Origin: Candidatus Pacebacteria bacterium CG_4_9_14_0_2_um_filter_40_15
Lineage (GTDB): Bacteria > Patescibacteriota > Microgenomatia > UBA1400 > PJMF01
NCBI GenBank assembly: GCA_002788675.1
Contig: PFRS01000007.1
Location: 64,270 to 128,269, forward strand
DNA: 64,000 nt
Direction: 5' to 3'
Positions 26,077 to 36,957 of the stretch are shown piece after piece; within the stretch, counting starts at the first letter, position 1; every line of letters starts with the position of its first letter. The notes beneath the pieces were generated by a model. It ran no database searches and was not told where the DNA came from. It was given only the letters and a program-made list of their open reading frames with translations. The translations under genes and the position numbers were made by a program.

Positions 26077-28881
26077 CTACTCTACAAGAGCAAGCTCTTC
26101 TCCTTTGGTCAGAGAAACGTTAGTTTTTTCTTCGATTTCTGATTTCCACTCTCCAGGCCAGGCCGGTGCTGTGACAGTTACTGCTGTTTCAAAAGAGAGA
26201 TTAGCTTTTTTGCGCAGTCTCTGAATTGACCGCATAAGTTCGCGGGCTTCACCTTCTGCCTTGAGTGCATCAGTCAGTTCAGTCTCTAACTCAACTTTAA
26301 GACTTTCAGTGCTTTGATTCCAGGTAACTTCTTTCACATTTACTTCATCTAGCAAGACAGCAAGCACATCATCATCTGGTTTTTTAAGTTGTACGTACGC
26401 AGTAACCATTGGGAGCGGTTGGCGGACCTTTATTGCCTGCTCACGTCGAAGTGCGTGGGTTTCAGCTACTACTTTACGGATTGCATCCATACTCTCTTCA
26501 AGATTTTTGTCCATAGCAGCAGAGTCAGCTGCAGGCCAGTCTGTGTGGTGAATACTCTCGGTTTTAGATACGAGCTGTTGGAATACCCATTCACTAAAGA
26601 ATGGTGTAAACGGGGCAAATAGCTGTGCCATACGAACCAATACTGTGCCAAAGACCTGTACAGACTCTGAGCTGGTGCGCAAACGATCTCGACTGCGGCG
26701 GAGGTACCAGGTTGACACTTCATCAACGAAGGTCATGAGGGTTCGACTGGCTTTAACAACATTGTAGGCATCCATGTACTCGGTAACATCAGTGGTGACA
26801 TGAGCCAAGCGGCTGAGTATCCAACGGTCCATGACGTCTGAAGGTTCGAGCTCTGTATTGAGTGAAACAGTCGCATCCCCAGCATAGAGTTTAAAGAATG
26901 ACACCATGTTGTACCAAATTACAAAGATTTTTTTACGAATATCTGAAACTTCTCGTTCGTTAAAGTTGAGATTTTCAGATTTCATTACGGTTGAACTCAT
27001 TAAGTACAAGCGCAAACTATCCACACCATACTCATTGATCAAAGTCATTGGATCTGGGTAATTCTTTTTTGATTTACTCATTTTGCTCCCATCTTCAGCC
27101 AAAATGGTGCCGGTTGTGAGCGTATTTTCAACAGCATTTTTACCAAAAATTCCCACAGACACTACATGCATGGTATAGAACCAAGCGCGAGTTTGTGCGA
27201 TGTACTCACTCACAAACTGAGCTGGGTAGGTGCTTTCAAACTGCTGCTTGTTCTCAAACGGATAGTGCTTTGACGCGTATGGCATTGAGCCAGACTCAAC
27301 CCAACAGTCAAAAACTTCAGGAATGCGAGTTCCTTTAACGGTGCGCGCATCATCAACCCAAAGTTCGAGATCATCGAGATATTCACGGTGCAGGTTGGTT
27401 ACTTTTGCGGCGCGCTTGCTATCTACTGCCCATTTTTGAAGCTCTTCAACGGAGCCAATAATTCGTTGGGTACCATCTTCCGAGCGCCAAACAGGCATTG
27501 GTGTTCCCCAATAGCGTGAACGAGAAATATTCCAATCTGGAGCTGTTTCTAAACCTTTGCCAAATCGACCATACTTTAAGTGATCTGGAACCCAGTTAAT
27601 ATTTTCATTCTGTGCAATAAGCTCGCTTTTAAGTTTCTGAACATTTATGAACCATGCTGGAACAGCGTTGTAGTACAAAGGCGTGCTACAGCGGTAACAG
27701 AATGGATATGAGTGAGTTATTTTTTCTGCTCGAAGCATGAGGCCGCGTTCCTCTAAATCTGCATTAATAACTTTTTCAGCAGATTTATAAAACTTACCAG
27801 CTACGAGTTCAACAAAGTCTAAGAATTTACCTTCTTCATTAAGGGTCGGTTCGAGTGGTAGATCTTCTTTGAGTGCTAGGGCGTAGTCATCTTCACCAAA
27901 AATTGCAGCGGTATGGACGATTCCAGTACCATCTTCTAGACTCACAAAGTCTGCAGCTAAAACGCTCCAAGCATTTGGCTTGTCGGACTGAACATAGTTG
28001 TAGAGTGGTTCATAGTGCAGGCCAACCAGCTCGCTGCCTTTTACTGTCCTTTTGACTTCAAAGTTTTCTACGAATACTTTTTCAGCCAGATCTTTAGCTG
28101 CCCAAAGCAGTTCACTCTCTTGTGCAACTTGCACATACTCAGCGGTTGGATCTACGGCTAAGCCAACGTTTCCAGGAAGTGTCCAAGGAGTTGTGGTCCA
28201 TGCTACTAGGTATTCATTTTTTGTGTCGACTATTTTGAACTTAACAAAAACAGAGTTATCAGAAACATCTTCATATGAGTTATCCATAGCAATTTCAAAG
28301 TTTGAAAGTGGAGTACTACAGCGAGGACAGTACATAACCACTTTGCGGCCTTCATATACCAGTCCTTTGTCGAAGAGCTGTTTAAAGCCCCACCACACCG
28401 ACTCCATAAAGCTATTGTCCATGGTTTTGTAGTTATTCTTAAAGTCGACCCAGCGACCCAAACGGGCAATTATCTTTTCCCATTCGCTATCAAGTCGAAG
28501 CACTTCCATCTCGCAAGCCTGATTAAACGTATCAATGCCTAATGCTTCGATACCTTTTTTGCCGCCTTTAATATCAAGTTTTTTCTCGATCATATTTTCG
28601 ATTGGCAGACCGTGACAGTCCCAACCCCACACGCGCTCTACGCGGTAGCCTTTCATGGTCCAGTAACGAGGGATAACGTCCTTTGCAGTCGAACCTAAGA
28701 GGTGACCATAGTGTGGCAGACCAGTTGCAAACGGAGGACCATCGTAGAAAACGTACTGTTTGTCTTCTGGGCGCATCTCAACTGATTTCTCAAATGCTTT
28801 TGTGTCTTGCCAATATTTTAAAACTGCTTCCTCCATTTGGGGGAAGTTTGGTTGTGTTGGTAATGTTGATTGTTCTGGCAT
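26077..28881 (-). CDS. ileS: Isoleucyl-tRNA synthetase
   Basis: HIGH-type motif PHYGH, GWDCHGLPIE, KMSKS, a CP1 editing domain and C-terminal Zn-finger cysteines. The upstream T-box has an AUC (Ile) specifier. Confidence 0.85.
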   Translation of the reverse strand: MPEQSTLPTQPNFPQMEEAVLKYWQDTKAFEKSVEMRPEDKQYVFYDGPPFATGLPHYGHLLGSTAKDVIPRYWTMKGYRVERVWGWDCHGLPIENMIEKKLDIKGGKKGIEALGIDTFNQACEMEVLRLDSEWEKIIARLGRWVDFKNNYKTMDNSFMESVWWGFKQLFDKGLVYEGRKVVMYCPRCSTPLSNFEIAMDNSYEDVSDNSVFVKFKIVDTKNEYLVAWTTTPWTLPGNVGLAVDPTAEYVQVAQESELLWAAKDLAEKVFVENFEVKRTVKGSELVGLHYEPLYNYVQSDKPNAWSVLAADFVSLEDGTGIVHTAAIFGEDDYALALKEDLPLEPTLNEEGKFLDFVELVAGKFYKSAEKVINADLEERGLMLRAEKITHSYPFCYRCSTPLYYNAVPAWFINVQKLKSELIAQNENINWVPDHLKYGRFGKGLETAPDWNISRSRYWGTPMPVWRSEDGTQRIIGSVEELQKWAVDSKRAAKVTNLHREYLDDLELWVDDARTVKGTRIPEVFDCWVESGSMPYASKHYPFENKQQFESTYPAQFVSEYIAQTRAWFYTMHVVSVGIFGKNAVENTLTTGTILAEDGSKMSKSKKNYPDPMTLINEYGVDSLRLYLMSSTVMKSENLNFNEREVSDIRKKIFVIWYNMVSFFKLYAGDATVSLNTELEPSDVMDRWILSRLAHVTTDVTEYMDAYNVVKASRTLMTFVDEVSTWYLRRSRDRLRTSSESVQVFGTVLVRMAQLFAPFTPFFSEWVFQQLVSKTESIHHTDWPAADSAAMDKNLEESMDAIRKVVAETHALRREQAIKVRQPLPMVTAYVQLKKPDDDVLAVLLDEVNVKEVTWNQSTESLKVELETELTDALKAEGEARELMRSIQRLRKKANLSFETAVTVTAPAWPGEWKSEIEEKTNVSLTKGEELALVE

Positions 28882-28889
28882 TTTTGCTC

Positions 28890-29190
28890 CTTTAGTTTTT
28901 CTGTGTACTTTTGGTACAAACGGTACAAAAAAACCCTCTCAGATTCACGAAGTTCGTGAACTTGAGAGGGTTTTCTATCTTTCGATAGTAATAACGGTAC
29001 CACCTCTGCTTTTACTTGTTTCCTGCTGTTACGGGCTTACCCGGACTGGTCTAGTGCGCTCTTGCAATGTGCGCGAGCGGTTCTTCAGTCTGCGTTTTTG
29101 TTTATGAAAATCTTTACTTACAAACAAAATTGTTAGGTGATGGCTAACGAGTGACGCAGTTAGTTCTGAAAGCTATTATATAGTATCTTG
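28890..29190 (-). promoter_or_regulatory. T-box riboswitch leader (Ile specifier AUC) with intrinsic terminator upstream of ileS
   Basis: On the minus strand, the candidate specifier loop GUUAG-CCAUCAC-CUAAC has AUC at 29141-29139. The T-box sequence is GAGGUGGUACCG (plus coordinates 28996-29005). The terminator is CCCUCUCA...UGAGAGGG followed by U7 (28927-28970). Confidence 0.6.
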
Positions 29191-29411
29191 TCAAATGGCA
29201 CACACGCTGTTTTTTTAGGTGTTTCTCATTGGTGAAAATGAGAGTTTTTATAGCATCGTACTGCATCAAAAGACATCAAAAAAGAGTGATGAAAATTGTT
29301 TTTCCTCTGGTGTATGGGATTTTATGGTAATTGCCTATTTTTAGCAGTCGTTTTGCAGGTCTGCTAATAGTGGTTTCATACTGTGTACTATTTTGAAGAT
29401 TTCTAACTTGA

Positions 29412-30233
29412 TTACCAAATAATTCCATCAACAAATTTTTTACCGAATTCTTCTAGAACGGCAGTAGGAATTACATCGCCATCTGTTGCTTTAACCATAA
29501 TCAAATTTGTATGGAAACTATTTCCCCCAATGGCATACTCTCTCCAAGAAAAAATAAAGAGCATTGGAGCATTTTTTGTATCTTTTAGTCCTCTAACTAA
29601 TTGAGTTACCGTTGCCATTTTTATTGTTTGAGAATCGGATTTTTTCAAAATTTGTAAGTGATCGGTAATGGGCTGTGGAACCTCATACATTCCTGAGATG
29701 TCACTGCCTGAAAAGAAAGTGGTAATCCATTCATCAATTGATTTAGGGTAAGGTGTTGTACTAAATGTTGGTGAGCTGAGTTCAGCCATCAGATTGTAGC
29801 CTTTATATTTGGTTTGCAGTCCCAGATATGATTCATGTAATCCTGCCTCGTTTGCAACGGTGCCTTCTGGCTGCAGCACATCCCAAACTAATTGGCCATT
29901 TGAGACATATTGCTTATGAACCCATGATTCTTCTACTGCTGCTGGTGTATCTGTTGTTAATTCACTCAATGAGGTCGAGTCTGAATTTGTAACTATTTCA
30001 GTCATCTCATCTTGCATGGTATCGACAGGTTGATTAATACGAGATGGATCTGATGAGTTACTCTCAAGCGTGGCAATCTGTTTAGAAAGCTGAATATTTT
30101 GATATCCAAGATACACCACCATCCCTGTTAACGCGGCCGAAACGAGCGCTAAAAGTATGCTCGATGTTGGCACTGACATTTTGCTCTGTTCTTGTAGATT
30201 AATTTCTGCAGATGGAGGGAATTGTTCAGTCAT
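29412..30233 (-). CDS. Hypothetical membrane-anchored extracytoplasmic protein (273 aa), the terminal gene of the dcw cluster after ftsZ
   Basis: Single TM (ILLALVSAALTGMVVYLGY) near the N-terminus. No recognisable family. Confidence 0.4.
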   Translation of the reverse strand: MTEQFPPSAEINLQEQSKMSVPTSSILLALVSAALTGMVVYLGYQNIQLSKQIATLESNSSDPSRINQPVDTMQDEMTEIVTNSDSTSLSELTTDTPAAVEESWVHKQYVSNGQLVWDVLQPEGTVANEAGLHESYLGLQTKYKGYNLMAELSSPTFSTTPYPKSIDEWITTFFSGSDISGMYEVPQPITDHLQILKKSDSQTIKMATVTQLVRGLKDTKNAPMLFIFSWREYAIGGNSFHTNLIMVKATDGDVIPTAVLEEFGKKFVDGIIW

Positions 30234-30280
30234 ACAGATACTATATATCTTGCAGAAATGATAAACAAGATGAGCAAAAA

Positions 30281-31567
30281 TTACTTTTTCCGTCGTCTCA
30301 AAAATGCTGGAATCTCAAATTGATCACTTAAATCTGAGTCAGTCTTTGGCTCTGAAGAAGCCTCTGAATCTGAACGTTTGTTTGAGTCGTCGTCGCTATC
30401 TCTGTCGCCAAAGGCTTCAGATTGCACAAATGGATTTGTTGTACTAGAAATTTGTGAGGTCGTCATTGGCTGAGTGTAACTCTCCGGGGCTCTGTCAATT
30501 CGTGTTGGCTCTGGTTGTGCTGGTTCAGAATCGTTTGAATGCAAGCGATTTCTTGAGTCGGATGAAAACGCACCAAACATTGGTTTATTTGAAGAAGCAA
30601 AGCCCATCTGCTTATCGTCAAATCCGGTGGCAATAACACTAATTTTAATTTTGTTGCCCATTTCTTTGTTAATGGTTGCACCAAAAATAATGTTTGCATC
30701 GGGATCGGCTGCGTTGGCGATGATGGTTGATGCATCAGAGACTTCAGTCATGCCCATGTCTTCGCCACCAATAATGTTGTAGAGAATGCCTTTAGCACCT
30801 TCAATTGAAACTTCAAGAAGTGGTGAGGCAATAGCCATTCGAGCTGCTGTTTGGGCGCGGTTTTCGCCGCTGGCTTCACCAATACCCATCAGTGCAGAGC
30901 CTGACTCGGTCATGATCGTCTTTACGTCAGCAAAGTCGACATTGATAAGTCCTGGAACAGTAATAAGATCTGAGATGCCCTGAACACCTTGTCCAAGCAC
31001 ATTATCTGCGAGTTTAAAGGCATCGAGTAGGGTCATTTTTTTATCGACCACATCCATAAGACGTTGGTTAGGAATCACAATTAATGTGTCGACGGCATCT
31101 TTGAGTCCAGCAATGCCCTCTTCGGCAGTTTGCATGCGGCGAATGCCTTCAAAGGCAAATGGTTTAGTAACGACAGCTACGGTGAGCGCGCCAGCTTCTT
31201 TAGCAATTTCGGCAATTACAGGTGAAGCCCCAGTTCCAGTGCCTCCGCCCATGCCTGCAGTAATAAATACCATGTCGGTATCGTAGAGAAGGTCTTTGAT
31301 TTTTTCGTATGATTCTTGTGCAGCGGTTTGGCCAACGTCTGGATCTGCGCCAGAACCTAAGCCTTTTGTAAAGTTACTGCCAATTTGAAGTTTTGTTTCA
31401 GCTTGTGAAGTGAGAAGTGCTTGAGCATCTGTGTTAACCGCAATAAACTCAACACCATTAATCTTTCCAGAAGAGATCATTGAGTTGATAGCGTTGCCGC
31501 CACCACCACCAACACCGATAACTTTAATTTTTGCAAACGTTGTATTTGACGGTTTAACTAATGCCAT
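30281..31567 (-). CDS. ftsZ: Cell division GTPase FtsZ
   Basis: GVGGGGGNA tubulin signature, T7 loop, and a disordered Asp/Ser-rich C-terminal linker. Confidence 0.95.
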   Translation of the reverse strand: MALVKPSNTTFAKIKVIGVGGGGGNAINSMISSGKINGVEFIAVNTDAQALLTSQAETKLQIGSNFTKGLGSGADPDVGQTAAQESYEKIKDLLYDTDMVFITAGMGGGTGTGASPVIAEIAKEAGALTVAVVTKPFAFEGIRRMQTAEEGIAGLKDAVDTLIVIPNQRLMDVVDKKMTLLDAFKLADNVLGQGVQGISDLITVPGLINVDFADVKTIMTESGSALMGIGEASGENRAQTAARMAIASPLLEVSIEGAKGILYNIIGGEDMGMTEVSDASTIIANAADPDANIIFGATINKEMGNKIKISVIATGFDDKQMGFASSNKPMFGAFSSDSRNRLHSNDSEPAQPEPTRIDRAPESYTQPMTTSQISSTTNPFVQSEAFGDRDSDDDSNKRSDSEASSEPKTDSDLSDQFEIPAFLRRRKK

Positions 31568-31657
31568 AGTGCCTTAACTTTTAGATTTTTTGCTAAAAAT
31601 CTTATGATACGCTTCATATCAAAGTGTACCATCCTACCTAGAAATTGCAATCTGAAT

Positions 31658-32965
31658 TTACGGAAGAAGTGATTTAAAAAGTGATCCCACTTTTTCTGGA
31701 AGTTTGCCTATCGAGCCAAAACCACTAAATACTGATCCGATCGAAAAATTTGAGACGGAATCTGGTTGTCCATGATTAAGCCCGTAGTAGAGTAAGCCGA
31801 TCACATTTGCATACAATGGTGAGTGAATATCTTTAACGAGACCATCCAGTTTAGTTGGTTCGCCAACACGAGCTGGAAGATTGAGTTCACGCTTAGCAAC
31901 TTCAGCGATATGGAGTGTGAGTGCTCCACCACCGCAGATCACCACACCAGCTGGAATATCTTTGAGCAAGCCCTGTTCTTTAAGCAGGTCACCAACTAGG
32001 CCAAAAATCTCTTGCATTCGGGGAAGCATGATGCCTTCCGTGATTGTTTTGTGAGAAAGGACCTCATCTGTATCCGAGTTATCGTAATCTGAAACCTTAA
32101 TATCATCTTGTTGCTTTTTTCGTCTGCTGAAATCTGCTTTTGATTCGCCAGCATGTGGGGTAAGTGGTCTGATTTTTTTGTTTGAAAGGTCAACTTTAAT
32201 TTTTTCTGCAGTATCAATACTCACACGACAGCCTAGTGCAATGTCTTGTGTGATGTGGCGGGCGCCAATAGGCAGTGAGCCAGAATATTCAAGTGAGCCT
32301 TCAACATATGCACAGATTGAAGTTGAACCTGCTCCAATATCAACAACCGCGACACCGAGTTCTTTTTCAGTTTCAGAAAGAACTACTCCAGCTGAAGAAA
32401 TACCTGAAAAAACAAAATCATTGACGGTAATTCCCAGATCTTGAATACATTTTTCCAAGTTTCTAAGAGCAGTGGACATGCCAGTAATAATGTGAGCTTC
32501 TGATTCCAAACGAACGCCAGTCATACCTACTGGATCTTTAATGCCATCTTGTGAATCAACTTTATAGTCCTTAGGAATAACATGAATAATTTCTCGGTCT
32601 GATGAAAGTGAAATAGCTCGAGCAGCCTCAATAACGCGTTCTACATCGCTATTAGTAATTTCTTGGTTTGGAGTAGCAACAGCAACAACACCGGTACTAT
32701 TTTGAGATTTAATGTGTGAGCCAGAGACAGAGACGTACGCAGTTTTGACTTCTAGCCCCGCCATGCGTTCTGCTCCATCAAGACTTTCTGTGATAGTTTC
32801 GAGTACTTTTTCTAAGTCAATTATTTGACTTTTCTTCATTCCTCGAGAAGGAACGGCAGAGACTCCTACGACTTGGAGTGATTGGTCTTCATTCACAGAC
32901 GCAATGAGCGTGACACATTTATCTGTGCCGACATCTATACCAGTTATGATTTTATTATGTGCCAT
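31658..32965 (-). CDS. ftsA: Cell division protein FtsA
   Basis: Actin-like ATPase with an FtsA-type N-terminus (ITGIDVGTDK). Confidence 0.85.
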   Translation of the reverse strand: MAHNKIITGIDVGTDKCVTLIASVNEDQSLQVVGVSAVPSRGMKKSQIIDLEKVLETITESLDGAERMAGLEVKTAYVSVSGSHIKSQNSTGVVAVATPNQEITNSDVERVIEAARAISLSSDREIIHVIPKDYKVDSQDGIKDPVGMTGVRLESEAHIITGMSTALRNLEKCIQDLGITVNDFVFSGISSAGVVLSETEKELGVAVVDIGAGSTSICAYVEGSLEYSGSLPIGARHITQDIALGCRVSIDTAEKIKVDLSNKKIRPLTPHAGESKADFSRRKKQQDDIKVSDYDNSDTDEVLSHKTITEGIMLPRMQEIFGLVGDLLKEQGLLKDIPAGVVICGGGALTLHIAEVAKRELNLPARVGEPTKLDGLVKDIHSPLYANVIGLLYYGLNHGQPDSVSNFSIGSVFSGFGSIGKLPEKVGSLFKSLLP

Positions 32966-32989
32966 ACTCTATACAATAGCATATCAAAA

Positions 32990-33679
32990 TTACTCTGTGG
33001 TGCGTAGTACTGGGTACTTATACCGCAGGTCAATTTCGGTAAGTGGTTCTGATACCGTTTCCAACTCTGGTGATACAAGAATTGCTTCAAGAATCGTAAT
33101 TTTTTGAGTTGCTGATTCAAAAGGTATATATACTCTAATGCCTGAAGAAACTTCTAATTGAATTGTTTCTGTGTCGATCCATCTACTATTTTGAAGAGAA
33201 AAGGACGGTTTGTAAAGTGAGAGGCTTAGTTTTGTGAGTTCATCATGATATTTTGGAAGTACATGATCATTTTCAACAATTTTTTCTAAAGGGAACTCTA
33301 CAGCTATAACCGTATAGTCATTGGTACTTTCTTGCTTGTGTTCATGTATCAGGCCAGATGCATAGACAGTGTAGTTTTTTTCATCAGAACGCAAGATATA
33401 CACTGGTCTTTCTTGAGCGAGTGAAACTATAAGTGTTGAGGGCAATTCTTTTTGGAGTGAAACAAAGAGTACGGTTTCATCAGTAATACTCGAACTGATT
33501 GCTGACTCAAAGTCAGTCAGAAAAAGTGATTTCCCGGCAAGTGTTTGTAATTGATCTTGAAGTTCTTGCGAACAGTGAGCATCAGCCACAAGACAAACAA
33601 TTTTTGATACCCTAAAAGTAAGAAGCAGCACAACACAGAGAATACTTATTCCAAAACTGAGGGTACTTAGTTTCTTCAT
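32990..33679 (-). CDS. FtsQ/DivIB-like cell division protein (assigned mainly by position and topology)
   Basis: Single N-terminal TM, 229 aa, located between murG and ftsA. Confidence 0.45.
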   Translation of the reverse strand: MKKLSTLSFGISILCVVLLLTFRVSKIVCLVADAHCSQELQDQLQTLAGKSLFLTDFESAISSSITDETVLFVSLQKELPSTLIVSLAQERPVYILRSDEKNYTVYASGLIHEHKQESTNDYTVIAVEFPLEKIVENDHVLPKYHDELTKLSLSLYKPSFSLQNSRWIDTETIQLEVSSGIRVYIPFESATQKITILEAILVSPELETVSEPLTEIDLRYKYPVLRTTE

Positions 33680-34800
33680 GGTTGTAGTAACGTATGTATG
33701 CGTGCAAACAATTCTTGACTGCCTGCCGAGAGTGATGCTTGCTCTGTCTGCAGTGTGCGTTGTATGCGATTATGCTTTTTATCAATCTCACCTACAACAG
33801 CAATAAGAACATCCGGAGAAAGATCTTTTTGCTGAATCATTACTGCCTGACCCGTATCCGAGAGTGCTTTTGCATTAAGGAGCTGTTCATTCTTGTGTGA
33901 AAACGGCAGCGGAATATAAATAGTTGGAATATGTCGTAGGCTGAGTTCTTGTACAGTGTTTGCCCCCGCTCTTGAGATAGCTAAATATGCGTGTGTATAA
34001 ATCCAAGCCAGGTCTTCAGCACCAATCCATTCATGGATAAAGTATTTATTTTGACCTGCCAGTGAAAGTTGTTTTTTTGTAAACTCTAACTCTTTTTTGT
34101 AATTACGGAGTTTGGTTTTGGTTCCACACTGATGAATAACCACGTACTTTTTTGTAAGTGTTGAAATGCAACGTGAGATAGTTGTGTTAATTACTTCGGA
34201 ACCTTGGCTTCCACCGACAACAAATAGAATGGGATCTTTTGCTTTGGTTTTATACCAGTCCGGTATTTTTTCAGATTTTTGAAGAATTGATTCACGAATT
34301 GGATTCCCAGTTAAGTACACCTGTTTATTCTTGACCATTTTTACTGTTTCAGGATAGGTAACTGCGACCATCGTTGCAATTCTGCTTACGAGCGCGTTAG
34401 CAATACCAATGCTTCTGGTTTGTTCATGAACGATTATGGGAACGCGCATGACCCAAGCTGCAAGTGCCAGTGGCACACTCAGGTAGGTTCCAAAAGAAAG
34501 ATATGCATCAGGTTTATGATGAGAAAAAAGCTTTAAGGCAGTAAAAAAAGCACCGATAGTTTTAAGTAAAGAAACTGGTAATAGTAAAAGGGAATCTTGG
34601 CCTAATTTTCCTGAATCGAAAGGAATAAATGGAATGTTTCTTTTTTTTGCAGCACTCTTCTCTTTTGCTTTTTGCTTTGATTTTTCTCTGGTATATATGC
34701 GGCCAGCGAATAAAAATGAGTAGCTTTCGTCAGTTTTTTGTACGTAATCGATAAAGGCCAATGCTGGTGTCAGATGTCCTCCTGAAATTAAGATCTTCAT
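33676..34800 (-). CDS. murG: Lipid II synthase (UDP-GlcNAc:MurNAc-pentapeptide-PP-undecaprenol GlcNAc transferase)
   Basis: MKILISGGHLTPALA start and GT28 architecture. Confidence 0.85.
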   Translation of the reverse strand: MKILISGGHLTPALAFIDYVQKTDESYSFLFAGRIYTREKSKQKAKEKSAAKKRNIPFIPFDSGKLGQDSLLLLPVSLLKTIGAFFTALKLFSHHKPDAYLSFGTYLSVPLALAAWVMRVPIIVHEQTRSIGIANALVSRIATMVAVTYPETVKMVKNKQVYLTGNPIRESILQKSEKIPDWYKTKAKDPILFVVGGSQGSEVINTTISRCISTLTKKYVVIHQCGTKTKLRNYKKELEFTKKQLSLAGQNKYFIHEWIGAEDLAWIYTHAYLAISRAGANTVQELSLRHIPTIYIPLPFSHKNEQLLNAKALSDTGQAVMIQQKDLSPDVLIAVVGEIDKKHNRIQRTLQTEQASLSAGSQELFARIHTLLQP

Positions 34801-35882
34801 GCAGACGCCTTCCTTCCTAAACGTAGTAGTATTCCTGAAGAAAACAATAGCATGACCTGGGATGATCTACCATAGGAAAAAAATGGTAGTGGCATACCCG
34901 TTAACGGTATAAGTGCCACCACTGCACTTAAATTCAACAGCATTTGTAGACCAACCCAAAAAACAAGTCCCATGCCAAATAGTTTTTCAGCAGGTGAAAC
35001 ATCAGAAGCTCGGATCGATGTATATGCAGTGTACAGAAAGAAAAATAGCAACAAAATAATTCCTAATGCACCAAGAAAGCCAACTTCTTCTGCAATAATA
35101 GCAAAGATTGAGTCAGTACTAGCTTCTGGTATATATGAATACTTTTGGTTTGAGTTTCCAATTCCCTGACCCCACAGACCACCTCTTCCAAGTGCAAGAG
35201 TAATCTGTCTAATATGAAAACTTGCTCCCAATGGATCTGACTCAGGATTTAAAAACGTGGTTAACCGCCTCATTCGATAGGGCGAAAGCACAATTGCAGC
35301 TAGCACCAATGGGATGCCAATGGCACCAAGAATTGTGAAGTGTTTAGTATTTCCGCCTGCTAAAAAGAACATTGAGAAAGCAATCGCAACAACAAGCAGC
35401 ATAGAGCCTAAATCTGGCTGGAGCATGATGAGCACCGTGGGGATTGCAGTGAGAAATAAAAATGGGCCGAGTTTTTGATGTTGTTGCATCCAGGATGCAT
35501 AGTATGCAATTACGCCAAATTTAAGAAACTCAACTGACTGAAATCTGAGTCCTCCTATAGAGATCCATCGTCGGGCTCCATTTAGGTCTAATCCAATACC
35601 TGGAATGAGTGTGAGCAATACAAGCAGTAGTCCGATGATGTACATGACAGGTCCAAATTTGATCCAGAGTTTTGACGGTAGAAAGAATCCAATAAGTACT
35701 GCAACGATTCCTAGGCCTAAGCCGAGTACGTGCTGATATAAAAAATGGTATTGTGTGCCAAATATTGCGTAGCTTTCAGCAGTTGAGGCTTCGAATACAA
35801 ATAGAGTCCCCAGCAAAGACAAAATGATTATAAGAATGAGCAGCAATACCCATTTTGGAAGTGGTAGGCCTTTTTTCTGCAT
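34797..35882 (-). CDS. ftsW: SEDS protein FtsW
   Basis: SEDS family 10-TM protein located between mraY and murG. Confidence 0.8.
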   Translation of the reverse strand: MQKKGLPLPKWVLLLILIIILSLLGTLFVFEASTAESYAIFGTQYHFLYQHVLGLGLGIVAVLIGFFLPSKLWIKFGPVMYIIGLLLVLLTLIPGIGLDLNGARRWISIGGLRFQSVEFLKFGVIAYYASWMQQHQKLGPFLFLTAIPTVLIMLQPDLGSMLLVVAIAFSMFFLAGGNTKHFTILGAIGIPLVLAAIVLSPYRMRRLTTFLNPESDPLGASFHIRQITLALGRGGLWGQGIGNSNQKYSYIPEASTDSIFAIIAEEVGFLGALGIILLLFFFLYTAYTSIRASDVSPAEKLFGMGLVFWVGLQMLLNLSAVVALIPLTGMPLPFFSYGRSSQVMLLFSSGILLRLGRKASA

Positions 35883-35895
35883 ATGGTTGCTTTTT

Positions 35896-36936
35896 TTAGA
35901 GTACTGCTAGCCACACACCAAAGATGGTAAGCATGATTTGCAGAAGCCAAGCTCTTTGCACAATTTTAGGTTCTGGCCAGCCATGACGTTGCAAAGTGAG
36001 ATGCACAGGTGCGGCAGGTAGAATCTTTCTTTTTAAGAACTTTTTTGAAAGAAGTTGTGCTAATGAACTTGTAATTTCGATCACGAAGATAGCTCCGATA
36101 ACAATAAGGGCGATAACTTTTCCTGTCAATAAACCAATTACAGCAAGTGTGGCTCCAAATGCAAGTGAACCCACATCCCCCATAAAAATACGAGCAGGAA
36201 AGACATTGAAGTACAGGAAGGAAATCAGTGAACCGATGAGTAATGCAATGAAGAGTGAAGTAGGAACATCAAGAATTGCAGATGAAAGATACCAGAGTCC
36301 AAAGAGTGAGATCATCAGTACTCCCGACGCAAGTCCATCAAGACCATCGGTAATGTTTACTGCATTTGCAAAGGCAACAATGGTAAACACAGCAAAGGGT
36401 ATGTAAAACGCTCCAAGTTCAAAGGTGCCAATAAATGGAATGTGCACAAATGAAATACCAAGTTGGATGAAGAGCATCAAACTGATTATTATCGCTAGAA
36501 TGATTTGTAAAAAAAGCTTATGTTTCATTCTTAGACCGAAAAAACCATTAGAAAAATTAAAAAATTTCTTTATATCATCATAGAGTCCGAGGATTCCAAA
36601 CGAGAGAAAAGTGAAAAATATGACGTTAATTTCTGCAGAAACCGAGCGATGATTACTCGTAATTTCAACACCAAATCTGGTAAGTAATGGTAAAAGAAAA
36701 GCAAAAAGAGTTGATACAACAGTAATAACTAATAATCCACCGCCAACAGGAACGCCCACTTTATCTTTATGAAATAAATCAAAAATAGGAGTGAGCTTGC
36801 CAAAAACGTCACGAGTGATTTGTTGAGCTCGCTGAAACTTAAGTGTATAGAGTAAGTTAATAAATGGTACGACCAAGATACTCGTCACAATAAATGAGAG
36901 TATGAGCACACTCAAAAGTAGAGCCATTCCATGCAT
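35896..36936 (-). CDS. mraY: Phospho-N-acetylmuramoyl-pentapeptide transferase
   Basis: NAVNITDGLDGLASG motif. Confidence 0.9.
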   Translation of the reverse strand: MHGMALLLSVLILSFIVTSILVVPFINLLYTLKFQRAQQITRDVFGKLTPIFDLFHKDKVGVPVGGGLLVITVVSTLFAFLLPLLTRFGVEITSNHRSVSAEINVIFFTFLSFGILGLYDDIKKFFNFSNGFFGLRMKHKLFLQIILAIIISLMLFIQLGISFVHIPFIGTFELGAFYIPFAVFTIVAFANAVNITDGLDGLASGVLMISLFGLWYLSSAILDVPTSLFIALLIGSLISFLYFNVFPARIFMGDVGSLAFGATLAVIGLLTGKVIALIVIGAIFVIEITSSLAQLLSKKFLKRKILPAAPVHLTLQRHGWPEPKIVQRAWLLQIMLTIFGVWLAVL

Positions 36937-36957
36937 GATTAATCCTTACTGTAATTA

